Shown here piece after piece: positions 46,024 to 56,192 of a stretch of 64,000 bases of DNA. The notes beneath the pieces are model-generated. The model made no database searches and was not told the origin of the DNA. It saw nothing but the letters and a program-made list of their open reading frames with translations. Position numbers and translations under genes: made by a program. Origin of the DNA: Acidobacteriota bacterium (GTDB lineage: Bacteria; Acidobacteriota; Blastocatellia; RBC074); contig JAHBSF010000012.1 in the NCBI GenBank assembly GCA_019639255.1, forward strand, positions 643 to 64,642. The letters are read 5' to 3'. How positions within the stretch are numbered: the first letter of the stretch is position 1; the number at the start of each line of letters is the position of its first letter.

Positions 46024-49000
46024 TTTCCCTCCTGCTTCCTGTCCATAAACGTCAACCGCCCGCCCGATGTGTTGGATTGAACCGTAGGCTGATACATCAA
46101 CTCGGCGCGCGCGGGCGCGATGCGAAACTCCCCCGGCGTAATTACACGCAAGGCATACTGGAACGTCGAATTTCCACTGAAATAATCGACGAAAATAGCG
46201 GTTCGCGCATCGCGGAACTCGCGCGCGCTGTACCAGTCGCTCCACTTCCCTTCCGAATAATCGAGGTTGATGCCGCTTACTCGCTCTACCTGCTCGCAAC
46301 CCGCAGGTATCGGGTCTTCGATCATCAGGTATTGCCCGCGCGCGCCCTCCACGCGCAAACGCGATACGATCAGATCGCCCGATCGCAACTCGCCCGTAAG
46401 CGGTTCCACAGCCCATCGGGATTTTCCGCCGCTTTCCGTCACATTCAGCCTCAGGTACTCGCGAGTCAGCTTTAACTCCGGTGTAGATTGCGCGGCAATA
46501 TTATCGTCCTTTGTGAAGTAATCGAGCGTAGCGGATACATAAAGCGCCCCTCGCCCCTGCTTGACTACGCGAATCGTGTTGGCGCCCGCAATGTCAGCGC
46601 CCTTGCGCCCGATTTCAAACGTAGTGCCCTTCGTTGCATCGGCTGACGTGACTGTGCCGTCCATCACCATCTCGCCGTTGAGATAAACCTGAATCGTGTA
46701 GTCGGGCGCGAGTTCCCTGCTCACTTTCATATAATCGGTCAGCCCGAGCAGCGCAAATGCGGTTTGTTTCGTCGAAGCCCAGTAATAACCGCGCGAACGA
46801 TTTGCTACCAGCCAGCGTGCGAGCTTAGGCAGCAACGGGCTTTCGGGCGTAAGTGCAGCGAGGGCTTTCAGTCCGAATGCTGTCGCTTCGATATCGTTTT
46901 GCACCGAGAAGTCGAGCATCGGTCGGCGCTGCGATTCCCAGTGCGCATTGAAATCATTCACCTTTGCGAGCTTCTCAAGTTCCGCCGCAACCTGGCGCGC
47001 GCGGTCCGCGTCGTTTCGCGCTTTGAGCGCGAGCGCAAGCAGCGCCCGCCCGTAAGGCTGCAACTCCTGCCTGCGCGCAAACAGGTCGTTGATGTATTTT
47101 GCGTCGGCCTCTCCGCTTGTCACGTAGGCATAAACCAGATAGGCGCGATCTTCGGCGTCTATGCCGCGCCCGCGTTCGTTTTTGCCCGCATCGAGCAGTG
47201 TGCGTATGCTTTCGCGTCCGCGATTGATTCTCCACGATTCGACGGCAAACCCCGCGCGGCGCGCCTGCGCAAGCCCGTCAATCACGTAAGCCGTCATAAA
47301 CGGATCTGTCTGATCGTCCTTCCACCAGCCCCATCCGCCGTCGGAATGCTGATATGCATAAAGCCGATCCAGCCCCCGTTGAACCTTTTTGTCCAGATCG
47401 TTCGTCGCGCGAAGCGAAGTAGTGTTGACCTCCTTGAGCGTCTGCGCAACTACGACGTTAGGCAGAAAACTCGACATCGTTTGCTCCGTACAGCCGTAGG
47501 GAAAACTCGTCAGGTAATCGAGCGCGCCGAAAAGCGTACCGGCTATGGAAGGAGCGGCTTCGATCCTGAGCGTCCTGGCGTGACTGTTTGCATTCGCGGG
47601 CATTTCGAGCGTGAGTGTGCGCTCGCCGCTCTCGCCCGTAAGCGTTTCGGTCGCACCCCGGGTTTCCTTGAGACCCGCCGGAACTACGGGCAGCGGCAGC
47701 TCCACTGCATCCGATTCGGCGTCGGTAAGCGCCTTTGCGAGCAGCTTGATTTCGCCTGCCTGCGCTGCGGATATCCGCCAGTTAATACGCTGCTCTCCCT
47801 GTTTCGAAACCGTAACGGTTTGCGTCGGTGAATCGAGCAACTGCCCGCCTGCAACTTCAAGAGATATCCGCGTGGATTTGTCCGAGTCCAGATAGTTATG
47901 CACTATGCCGGACAGCGTCACCGTATCGCCCTCGGTTGCAAAACGCGGTGTTTCCAGTCTCAGTATCAGATCCTTGCGCGATAGCACCTTCGATACCGCG
48001 CCGCCGACCCTTGTACCGGCAGTCACGGCGCGAGCCGTTGCGCGCCACGTCGTAAGGTTGTCGGGCAGATTCACTTTCACCGTAGCCCGACCGTCCGCAC
48101 CTGTAACGAGGTTGGCCTGCCAATGCGCCGTATCCCTGAAGTCCTTACGTATGGTCGGCTCGGCATACTGCGCTTCATTCTTGAAATCCGCGAGTTGAAA
48201 CCCGCGCCTGCGCCCGGCGAGCTTTACCGCTTTTTCCGCCGAATGCCCGGTGAAGTTGTAACTCGTCGAAAAATACGTATTGACGCGGTTGTAGCGCCTG
48301 CCGTAAAAAGCGCGGCGAATATCGCCGGAATTTTCGGGCCTGATGCTGTAAATCGCCTCATCGACTACACCGAGGCTGACCTCGGCGCCCGGCACGGGTG
48401 CACCGTCCGCTCCGCGCGCAAGCACGGTGTAAGACGCCACGTCGCGCGGTTTGTATTCCTTCTTGTCGGCGAGTATTTCGATGCTCAGGAATTTGTCGCG
48501 CGCGGGTACGGCGAGCATCTTGTCGCTTGTGTACATTTCGCCGTCCCTGACGTATGCAACACTCAGGTAAACATTCGGAGCATATCGTGCCTCGATCGGT
48601 ACTTCTATCATCGCTGCGCGCCCGGCCGAAGAAATGTGGCGGGCGGTGATAACGCCTGCGAGTTCGGTAGTGACGAGCAGGTGCGCCTTGTCGGTGGGCA
48701 ACATTGCGAGCACACGGGCCGTATCGCCGGGCTGGTAGGATTTCTTGTCCGGTATCAGCTTGATCGAACCGTAATCCTGATAGGCGAAATCAGACCATTT
48801 ATCGCTGCTGTCGGCTACCCACATGTAACCGCCCAGAGACGCTACTTTCTTTCCACCGTCATCCACGATCGTTCTTATCTGAATGCTGCCCGTAACGGGA
48901 ACCTTGAAATCGTAACGGCTCTCGCCCTGAGCGTCGGTCGTCGTTTCACCGGTTGCGATTTCGGTTTCGCGCAGTTTGTAGTCGTAGCGTTTATATTTGC

Positions 49001-50900
49001 CGTCGCCGTCGATTTCTTCGCGCACCCAGGTCTGCTGAATGAACTGCAAGGCGACTTTTGCGGAAAGAGGTTTGCCTTCATAGTCCGATGTGCGCACGCG
49101 TATACGCGCGGTATCGCCCTGGTAATAAACGTAACGCTCGGGATCGGCCGCGGCGACGATATTGCCGCGCGTTCCCACGAAACTTGCGCGCCCGTCTATG
49201 GATCGGCGCGATGAATCGGTGACCTGCGCTTCGAGGCGGTATACGTAATCGCGCGGCGCTTTCGCGTCAGGAGGAGGTACGGTGAACTCGACTTCGAGTC
49301 GGCCTTGCGCATCGAGCCGCGCTTCGCCGTCCTTCACCATATCGTTTCCGTATCCGTAGTAACCGCTTTCTTCATCGTCTTCGCCTGCGCCTATGCCGTC
49401 GTCTTCCGGAGTCCACCACCAGTGGTAATAGCGAGAGCGGTAGATGTAATACTGCACATCGGCATTGGCGACGGGCGCGCCGAAGAAGTAATTCGCCTCG
49501 ATCGAGAATTTTGTTTTCTCACCGACGGCAACGAACTGTTTCGGCGTTTTTACAGTGACCTTGTATTCGGGTTTTTTGTATTCGGAAACTTCGAAGTATT
49601 TCCCCGCCTGCGCCTCGCCCGCACGCGCAACTATGCGATAACCGCCCAGAGGCGCGCCGGCCGCGATGTCTACTTCGCCGCTGAAGCTGCCGCGCGGCGA
49701 TAGCGGCAGATCCTTTTCGTAGATCTTGCCGTTTTTCGGGTCTTCTATTGAAACGGAAACCGTACGCGCAGCCGGCAATTCATATCCTGCGTCGCCCAAT
49801 TGCCTGAGAATGCCCTTGAAATAAACCTTCTGAGCGGGCCGATAGATGGGCCGGTCCGTGTAGATGTAACTCGTGAGTTGCGATTCATCGCCCTCATCGC
49901 CGTACCAGCCGAAGTAATAAGGTTCGAGGTCGGAGATTGCGAACCGATCATCGCCCGCAGCCATAATGAGATAACCTTCAGAGGTCGTTGAGTCCTGCGC
50001 TTCCTCCGGATCTGTATCCTCTGCGGGCTGAGCAGGAGTTTCACTCTTCTGGCGCTGAATCTTCGTCCTGAACATGCCGCTCGGATCGGTTTGACCCGAA
50101 GCCAGAAGTTTGCGCTCCTTTACCACCTCGACGCGCAGGTTTGCTTGCGGCTCGCCCGACTTGCGATCTACGGCAAAGACGAGCAACTCGCCGCTCGGCG
50201 CGGTTTTCGTCAGAACGGTAAGGTCGGTGACTACGGCGACGGTGTAGGCGCGAAGATCTCCGTTGACGGCTTCCACAAGGTAAACGCCTGCCGGTTGGCG
50301 GTCGAGCGGGACGTTGCGCGAATCCCATTCGCTTTCGAGAGGCGTGAGCATTTCGCGCCAGCTCGATACCATCTGATCTGGATTGAGCAGCGGCACGCGT
50401 GCATAGTCGGCCTGATTCAGCGCACGACGTTCGCCCCCGCGATATTTATCGTTGAATGCCACGCGGGAATCGTGGCGGAGCTGGCGCCTTATGTATTGTT
50501 TGAATCCGACGTAGATCGAGCTTTTGAACGATCGCACGCGTTCCAGGAATGAGGGAGTGCGGCGATAGGCGGTTGAAACTGCGCTTTTTTCCTCCTCGCC
50601 CATCCTGTGCGGATCGCTGAGCTGCTTGAAGAAAGCGAGCGGATCGCGCACGCGGTAAACCCGGAAATCCAGATGATCCACGCCCTGATAGCTTATCCAT
50701 ACGCGGGGCCGGTCATTCGGACCGTAGGTGCGATTGGTCGAAAGGGTGAAAGTAGGTTTTACCGATGGACTCGGCAACGGCACGGTGTCGGGGTGGCCGC
50801 GGTCGATCTGCGCGCGCGGGTGCAGGGTTGCAAACATCCCGGCCAGTCCGAACGCAGCCAGATAGATGACCGTTGCAAACCATAGTTTCCGGGTTTTCAT
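46020..50900 (-). CDS. bacterial alpha-2-macroglobulin family protein with intact thioester
   Basis: 1626 aa. Thioester motif GCTEQ (CTEQ codons at 47481-47492, minus strand) in the context FPYGCTEQTMSSFLPN. Confidence 0.9.
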   Translation of the reverse strand: MKTRKLWFATVIYLAAFGLAGMFATLHPRAQIDRGHPDTVPLPSPSVKPTFTLSTNRTYGPNDRPRVWISYQGVDHLDFRVYRVRDPLAFFKQLSDPHRMGEEEKSAVSTAYRRTPSFLERVRSFKSSIYVGFKQYIRRQLRHDSRVAFNDKYRGGERRALNQADYARVPLLNPDQMVSSWREMLTPLESEWDSRNVPLDRQPAGVYLVEAVNGDLRAYTVAVVTDLTVLTKTAPSGELLVFAVDRKSGEPQANLRVEVVKERKLLASGQTDPSGMFRTKIQRQKSETPAQPAEDTDPEEAQDSTTSEGYLIMAAGDDRFAISDLEPYYFGWYGDEGDESQLTSYIYTDRPIYRPAQKVYFKGILRQLGDAGYELPAARTVSVSIEDPKNGKIYEKDLPLSPRGSFSGEVDIAAGAPLGGYRIVARAGEAQAGKYFEVSEYKKPEYKVTVKTPKQFVAVGEKTKFSIEANYFFGAPVANADVQYYIYRSRYYHWWWTPEDDGIGAGEDDEESGYYGYGNDMVKDGEARLDAQGRLEVEFTVPPPDAKAPRDYVYRLEAQVTDSSRRSIDGRASFVGTRGNIVAAADPERYVYYQGDTARIRVRTSDYEGKPLSAKVALQFIQQTWVREEIDGDGKYKRYDYKLRETEIATGETTTDAQGESRYDFKVPVTGSIQIRTIVDDGGKKVASLGGYMWVADSSDKWSDFAYQDYGSIKLIPDKKSYQPGDTARVLAMLPTDKAHLLVTTELAGVITARHISSAGRAAMIEVPIEARYAPNVYLSVAYVRDGEMYTSDKMLAVPARDKFLSIEILADKKEYKPRDVASYTVLARGADGAPVPGAEVSLGVVDEAIYSIRPENSGDIRRAFYGRRYNRVNTYFSTSYNFTGHSAEKAVKLAGRRRGFQLADFKNEAQYAEPTIRKDFRDTAHWQANLVTGADGRATVKVNLPDNLTTWRATARAVTAGTRVGGAVSKVLSRKDLILRLETPRFATEGDTVTLSGIVHNYLDSDKSTRISLEVAGGQLLDSPTQTVTVSKQGEQRINWRISAAQAGEIKLLAKALTDAESDAVELPLPVVPAGLKETRGATETLTGESGERTLTLEMPANANSHARTLRIEAAPSIAGTLFGALDYLTSFPYGCTEQTMSSFLPNVVVAQTLKEVNTTSLRATNDLDKKVQRGLDRLYAYQHSDGGWGWWKDDQTDPFMTAYVIDGLAQARRAGFAVESWRINRGRESIRTLLDAGKNERGRGIDAEDRAYLVYAYVTSGEADAKYINDLFARRQELQPYGRALLALALKARNDADRARQVAAELEKLAKVNDFNAHWESQRRPMLDFSVQNDIEATAFGLKALAALTPESPLLPKLARWLVANRSRGYYWASTKQTAFALLGLTDYMKVSRELAPDYTIQVYLNGEMVMDGTVTSADATKGTTFEIGRKGADIAGANTIRVVKQGRGALYVSATLDYFTKDDNIAAQSTPELKLTREYLRLNVTESGGKSRWAVEPLTGELRSGDLIVSRLRVEGARGQYLMIEDPIPAGCEQVERVSGINLDYSEGKWSDWYSAREFRDARTAIFVDYFSGNSTFQYALRVITPGEFRIAPARAELMYQPTVQSNTSGGRLTFMDRKQEGK

Positions 50901-50902
50901 AA

Positions 50903-51784
50903 CTACCTTTCTCGCTTTCCGTCATCAAGAAACTTCAATCTGTAAAAACCGAGGAAGAAGGGATTGTCCTCAAGCGGGCGCCATCGCCGGTTCGGATGCC
51001 TGTCGAGTACGGCAAGACGCACTTTTTTGATTGCGCCGTCGTCATCCGGCGAAGCGCCCGTGTGGTATACGACCCAGTCGGATGCTCCCTCGCCGCTCCA
51101 TCGCGCATCGCCGAGGAAGATCATCACGTGATAGGGAAAGCGCTGCACCCAGGGCTGATGAAAAAAGAGCAGATCTCCCGGCTCGGCCGCGCGGCGATTG
51201 CGGCCTATAAAAATGGTGTTGAAGTTTTTCAACGTGCGCGCATCGGCGTACTCCGAAAACCGGCCCCCGGCAAGATCGCCTGCATTAAAAGAACCGTAAT
51301 CGGTGCGAAAGATTTTTTCGCCCAGCGGATTGCGGTCCAGAGTCCAGGCGCGCACGTCGGGAGCTACGGGATCGGTAAATCCGCCGATTGCCTTTATCCA
51401 CGGGCGGTCGTGGCGTCGCAGCGCTTCGCGTATAGAGAACCGCACGAGTCCCGCACAATCCTGCTGCTGTTTTTGCCACGCCGGGCTGATTTCCTCGAAC
51501 TGGTTTTCGGCAATTGCGGTCATCCAACGTCTGAAGTTTGCGCGATCGTCGTAGGATTTCAATTCGACCGCGTCGGGGAATCCGTCCTCGTCGCTGTCGG
51601 CGTCAGCAGGTGGAGCAGGGTTGGACACGCCCGGCGCCGCTCGCTCGGCGCGTGTGCGCCCTGCCGCGCTGCAACTCGTGAGCGTCATTGCGAGCGAAAG
51701 CAATAATCCGACAACAATAAATAATATGGGACGAGAAGACCGTTCGGCCGGGGGCTTACGGGATACAGTTTGAGTGATTCTCAT
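50903..51784 (-). CDS. lipoprotein, DUF1175 (YfaT)-like
   Basis: Possible lipobox LTSCS. It ends 2 nt before the A2M start. The DUF1175 assignment comes from remembered A2M-operon context and sequence flavour and is not verified. Confidence 0.45.
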   Translation of the reverse strand: MRITQTVSRKPPAERSSRPILFIVVGLLLSLAMTLTSCSAAGRTRAERAAPGVSNPAPPADADSDEDGFPDAVELKSYDDRANFRRWMTAIAENQFEEISPAWQKQQQDCAGLVRFSIREALRRHDRPWIKAIGGFTDPVAPDVRAWTLDRNPLGEKIFRTDYGSFNAGDLAGGRFSEYADARTLKNFNTIFIGRNRRAAEPGDLLFFHQPWVQRFPYHVMIFLGDARWSGEGASDWVVYHTGASPDDDGAIKKVRLAVLDRHPNRRWRPLEDNPFFLGFYRLKFLDDGKRER

Positions 51785-52070
51785 ATCCTGATCTTCTCCG
51801 CCGTTTGGTGACGCGCGTACTATATCAGACCCCGTGCGCACCAAGAAGTTCCTGCACAATCGAATCGTGGGCGGTTGAAAATTTAACCGCCCGGGGAAGG
51901 GCGTTCCCTTGCAGTCTTACAGAACTATTACACACGGCCGGAAAAATCCCTGTTAGGATTGTTTGGGTCGGCAGTCCCGCCGGATTTCACAATCGGCATT
52001 CGAATGAATGCGCACAAATCTTTTCAGAACCGGAACTTTTTGGCTAAAGGCTGTGAACGAGAGGGCCACG

Positions 52071-52940
52071 ATGAGTAATGAAATTATAATGGATATCAGA
52101 CGTATGGGCTTCAACTGGGGCGTTACGCTCTTTCTGGCGGCCTTTCACGTCCTGGCGGTAGTAGCCCTCTTTAACTTCACCTGGTCGGCGCTGGGCGTCG
52201 CTGTATTTATGTGGTGGGTGGCCGGAAGCCTCGGAATAGGGATCGGCTACCACAGGCTGCTGACCCACCGCGGCTACAAGACGCCGAAGTGGCTTGAATA
52301 CTTTCTGACCATCTGCGGGACGCTGGCGCTCGAAGGCGGATCGATTCCGTGGGTGGCTACGCACCGCGTCCATCATATTTATACCGAGCGCGACGGCGAC
52401 CCGCATTCGCCGCGCGACGGATTCTTCTGGTCGCACATGGGCTGGATCATCAACGGCCGATCGCTGCATCGCGAAACGGAATCCACGGCTCGTCACGCGG
52501 CGGATCTGGCGCGCGATCCCTTCCACGTATGGATTTCGCGCTGGCATTTCGTCCCGCAGATCTTCGTCGGCCTTATCCTGTACGCGCTGGGAGGCTGGCC
52601 GTTTGTGCTCTGGGGCGTCTTTATGCGCGTCGTTTTTTCGTGGCACGCGACGTGGTTTGTAAATTCTGCGGCTCACGTATGGGGCGGCCGCAGGTTCAAT
52701 ACGCGCGACGATTCGCGAAACCTCTGGTGGGTAGCCCTGATCTCGTTCGGCGAGGGCTGGCACAACAACCATCACGCGCATCCGTCCTCGGCGCGCCACG
52801 GTCTGGCCTGGTATGAATTCGACGTAAACTGGTACGGCATACGATTTTTACAAATGCTCGGCCTCGTCAAATCGTTGCGCGTCGCCGAACTGCCGAAGGG
52901 CAAACCGGGCTTGGACGACAACTTGAGCAAGGCGGCCTGA
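52071..52940 (+). CDS. acyl-CoA/acyl-lipid delta-9-type fatty acid desaturase
   Basis: Three His boxes: HRLLTH, HRVHH, HNNHH. Confidence 0.9.
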   Translation: MSNEIIMDIRRMGFNWGVTLFLAAFHVLAVVALFNFTWSALGVAVFMWWVAGSLGIGIGYHRLLTHRGYKTPKWLEYFLTICGTLALEGGSIPWVATHRVHHIYTERDGDPHSPRDGFFWSHMGWIINGRSLHRETESTARHAADLARDPFHVWISRWHFVPQIFVGLILYALGGWPFVLWGVFMRVVFSWHATWFVNSAAHVWGGRRFNTRDDSRNLWWVALISFGEGWHNNHHAHPSSARHGLAWYEFDVNWYGIRFLQMLGLVKSLRVAELPKGKPGLDDNLSKAA

Positions 52941-52944
52941 AGTA

Positions 52945-53049
52945 GAGAGACAACGGAATAAACGGAAACAGACGGCATAGACGGAAGGAATCCAATCGGC
53001 ATTTTCTTATCGTCTGTTCCGTCTGTTTCCGTTTATTCCGTTGTCTCTC
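52945..53049. repeat. family element R17 (variant arms with matched substitutions)
   Basis: GAGAGACAACGGAATAAACGGAAACAGACGG ... CCGTCTGTTTCCGTTTATTCCGTTGTCTCTC. This is a perfect 31-bp inverted repeat. Confidence 0.9.
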
Positions 53050-53076
53050 TTCCCTGTTTGCACGAAAATATGGTCG

Positions 53077-54003
<927 letters not shown>

Positions 54004-54004
54004 T

Positions 54005-54715
54005 ATGTCCGTAGTACTTATAGTTGAAGACGAAGTTCACCTGGCCGAAGGATTGCGGTTCAATCTCGAAGCCGAAGGCTACGAGGTTCATATCGCCGCT
54101 GACGGAGAAACCGCGCTCGACCGACTGCGCACGTCGCCCACACGATACGACGCTGTATTGCTCGATGTAATGCTGCCGGGCAGGGACGGATTTGAAGTTG
54201 CGGCTGAGTTGCGGCGATCGGGGATTTTCGTTCCGATTCTTATGCTTACTGCGCGCGGACGGGCTGAAGACGTGCTGCGCGGCTTTGAATCCGGCGCAGA
54301 CGATTATCTGCCTAAACCGTTTGAGCTGACAATTCTGCTTGCGCGCCTCGGCGGACTGCTTCGCAGAAGGGAATGGTTGACGCATACTTCCGAACCGCAC
54401 GCAAAGCCGGGCCGCTTCACGTTTGCGGGCAAGACCATCGACTTCGAAGCGCTCGAACTCCACTCCGGCGAACGCACCGTAAAGCTGACCCTTATGGAAG
54501 CGGAATTGCTTCGATACCTGATCGGCCGCGAGGGAAAGGCAGTATCCAGACAGGCGCTTTTAGCCGATGTATGGGGAATGCGCGAGGATACCGATACGCG
54601 CGCCATCGACAATTTTATTGTCCGGTTGCGCCGGCATCTGGAGGACGATCCGGTATCGCCGCGCCACCTGCTGACGGTGCGCGGCGTCGGATACCGGTTT
54701 GTCGCCGAACCTTGA
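54005..54715 (+). CDS. OmpR/PhoB-type response regulator
   Basis: Receiver domain (VLIVEDE...DAVLLDVMLPGRDG) plus a winged-helix C-terminus (LLTVRGVGYRF). Confidence 0.9.
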   Translation: MSVVLIVEDEVHLAEGLRFNLEAEGYEVHIAADGETALDRLRTSPTRYDAVLLDVMLPGRDGFEVAAELRRSGIFVPILMLTARGRAEDVLRGFESGADDYLPKPFELTILLARLGGLLRRREWLTHTSEPHAKPGRFTFAGKTIDFEALELHSGERTVKLTLMEAELLRYLIGREGKAVSRQALLADVWGMREDTDTRAIDNFIVRLRRHLEDDPVSPRHLLTVRGVGYRFVAEP

Positions 54716-54773
54716 AGACAATATTTCCGTCTATTCCGTCTTATTTCGCTTGTTCCGTTATTTCTGTTTTATG
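54716..54773. repeat. family element R18 (right half only)
   Basis: AGACAATATTTCCGTCTATTCCGTCTTATTTCGCTTGTTCCGTTATTTCTG. Starts directly after the response-regulator stop. Confidence 0.75.
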
Positions 54774-55820
54774 CTCGGCGAAGCGTTTGAGCTTCATGTT
54801 CAAAGTCTGAACGCGCAATCCGAGCAGTTGTGAGGCCCGCGTCTGATTGCCGTGCGTTTGCCGCAGCGCGGTTTCGATCAGACTACGCTCGAAATCGTCT
54901 ACCATCTTCGGCAGATCAACGCCGCTTGTCGGAATTGCCTTCAGCGTTGCATAACGGATGCGCGAAGGCAGCAGAGATTCGTCTATCTGGTGCGGCGGCG
55001 TACACGCCACGGCGCTTTCCAGCGTTGCATCGAGTTCATCTATATTGTTTTCCCAGGGGTACTCCATCAGTACCTTCATCGCGCCCGCAGCAATCTCGTG
55101 CGGTCCCTTGCCGAGCCGTCTAACAATGCGATCCAGCAGATGATTTACCAGGTACGGAATATCCTCGCTCCGGTCACGTAAAGGCTTGATGGCGAAACTC
55201 GTCGGACGCAGCATCTCTACAAGCCCATAAGCTATGCGGTTTTCCGCGCGTATGTCGGCCGGATTCCACGTCGTAGCGAAAATCAGCCTCGGTCCCGAAG
55301 TTTTGCCCGACCGGGCGCGCCAGCGCTGCTCCTCAAGGTGCGCGGCAAAACGCTGCTGCAATAGCGGCGGCAGACTCGTCAGTTCGTTGACGAATATCGT
55401 CCCGCGGTGGCAGTTCTCAATCACGCCGCGCGCGCCGAACAACAATGTGTGCAGCGCATCACTTCCAAGACTATGTGCGTTGACCGCAAAAAAAGGTTGC
55501 GCCCACTGTTCGCTCGCCTGGTGCAGCACGCGTGCAACCTGCTCCTGGCGCAATCCCCGCTCTCCGATAAGCAATGCCGGCTGAGCCTGCGCCGCCTGCA
55601 CGCTTATGAACTCCTTGAGCGCAACGACGTTGGGACTAACCCCGGAAAAACACTCGTATTGATTCAGTGACAGTATGCGCGGAGCGCCCACAAGCGAAAG
55701 CGCCTTCCGCGGCTGCATTGCGGGACGTGCGCCATTCAAATCTACTGCTTCGTTCGCCATATACTTCTTCTCGAACTCTCTGTGACTGAAATTAAGGATG
55801 TCACTTCCCAACTGCATCAA
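54741..55820 (-). CDS. sigma54-activator (bEBP)-like regulator with degenerate AAA+ motifs and a Fis-type HTH
   Basis: Collinear with the NtrC central domain, but Walker A is GERGLRQE (canonical GESGTGKE), Walker B is FVNE (canonical FLDE), and no GAFTGA loop is present. PLRDRSEDIP is retained. C-terminal HTH GNQTRASQLLGLRVQTLNMKLKRF. The last 8 codons come from repeat R18. Confidence 0.75.
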   Translation of the reverse strand: MMQLGSDILNFSHREFEKKYMANEAVDLNGARPAMQPRKALSLVGAPRILSLNQYECFSGVSPNVVALKEFISVQAAQAQPALLIGERGLRQEQVARVLHQASEQWAQPFFAVNAHSLGSDALHTLLFGARGVIENCHRGTIFVNELTSLPPLLQQRFAAHLEEQRWRARSGKTSGPRLIFATTWNPADIRAENRIAYGLVEMLRPTSFAIKPLRDRSEDIPYLVNHLLDRIVRRLGKGPHEIAAGAMKVLMEYPWENNIDELDATLESAVACTPPHQIDESLLPSRIRYATLKAIPTSGVDLPKMVDDFERSLIETALRQTHGNQTRASQLLGLRVQTLNMKLKRFAEHKTEITEQAK

Positions 55821-56114
55821 CCTGCATTAAATGGAACCAGCCTGTTTGTCCTGTATCCAATTTGTGTGCCGGAATCCTGATCCGGCTTAACTCAAGAGGA
55901 ATCTGAAATTAGCTGTTCGGCATACTCCATCTGCTCCCGTCGTATGTCCGCTTTCGGGATGCCCGAATCCCAATTCCGGAACCCAATCGGTGCGCGCAAC
56001 CCGTATGCTCTGCCTGACTCTTGCTGCACCCATTGACCATCGGGCGGATGCCCCCCCCGGCTATTTCCCAATACCCGTAGTTACGTCTAACCGGCATGAA
56101 AGTTCCAGGATCTA

Positions 56115-56157
56115 TTAAAAAATTAAGCGGGCTTCCCCGGATAAGGGGAAGCCCGCT
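56115..56157 (-). terminator. Rho-independent terminator of the sigmaE/anti-sigma/DUF4097 operon
   Basis: Perfect 13-bp stem AGCGGGCTTCCCC (56126-56138) with GGGGAAGCCCGCT (56145-56157) and a 6-nt loop. On the minus strand it is followed by TAATTTTTTAA. Confidence 0.8.
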
Positions 56158-56192
56158 ATGGAACTTATCGTGAGGTCAGGGGTTATTGCGTA

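Noticed and set aside
55826-55885. Possible sigma54 promoters upstream of the EBP-like gene on the minus strand: TGGTTCCATTTAATGCA and CGGCACACAAATTGG.
   Set aside because: In the first, the GG-to-GC spacing is off by one. The second lacks the -12 GC. Neither fits TGGCAC-N5-TTGC.
55909-56097. A 62-aa minus-strand ORF between the terminator and the EBP-like gene.
   Set aside because: It has no RBS, no recognisable motif, and an odd composition. It lies immediately downstream of a strong terminator. It is kept only as a possibility for transcriptomic checking.
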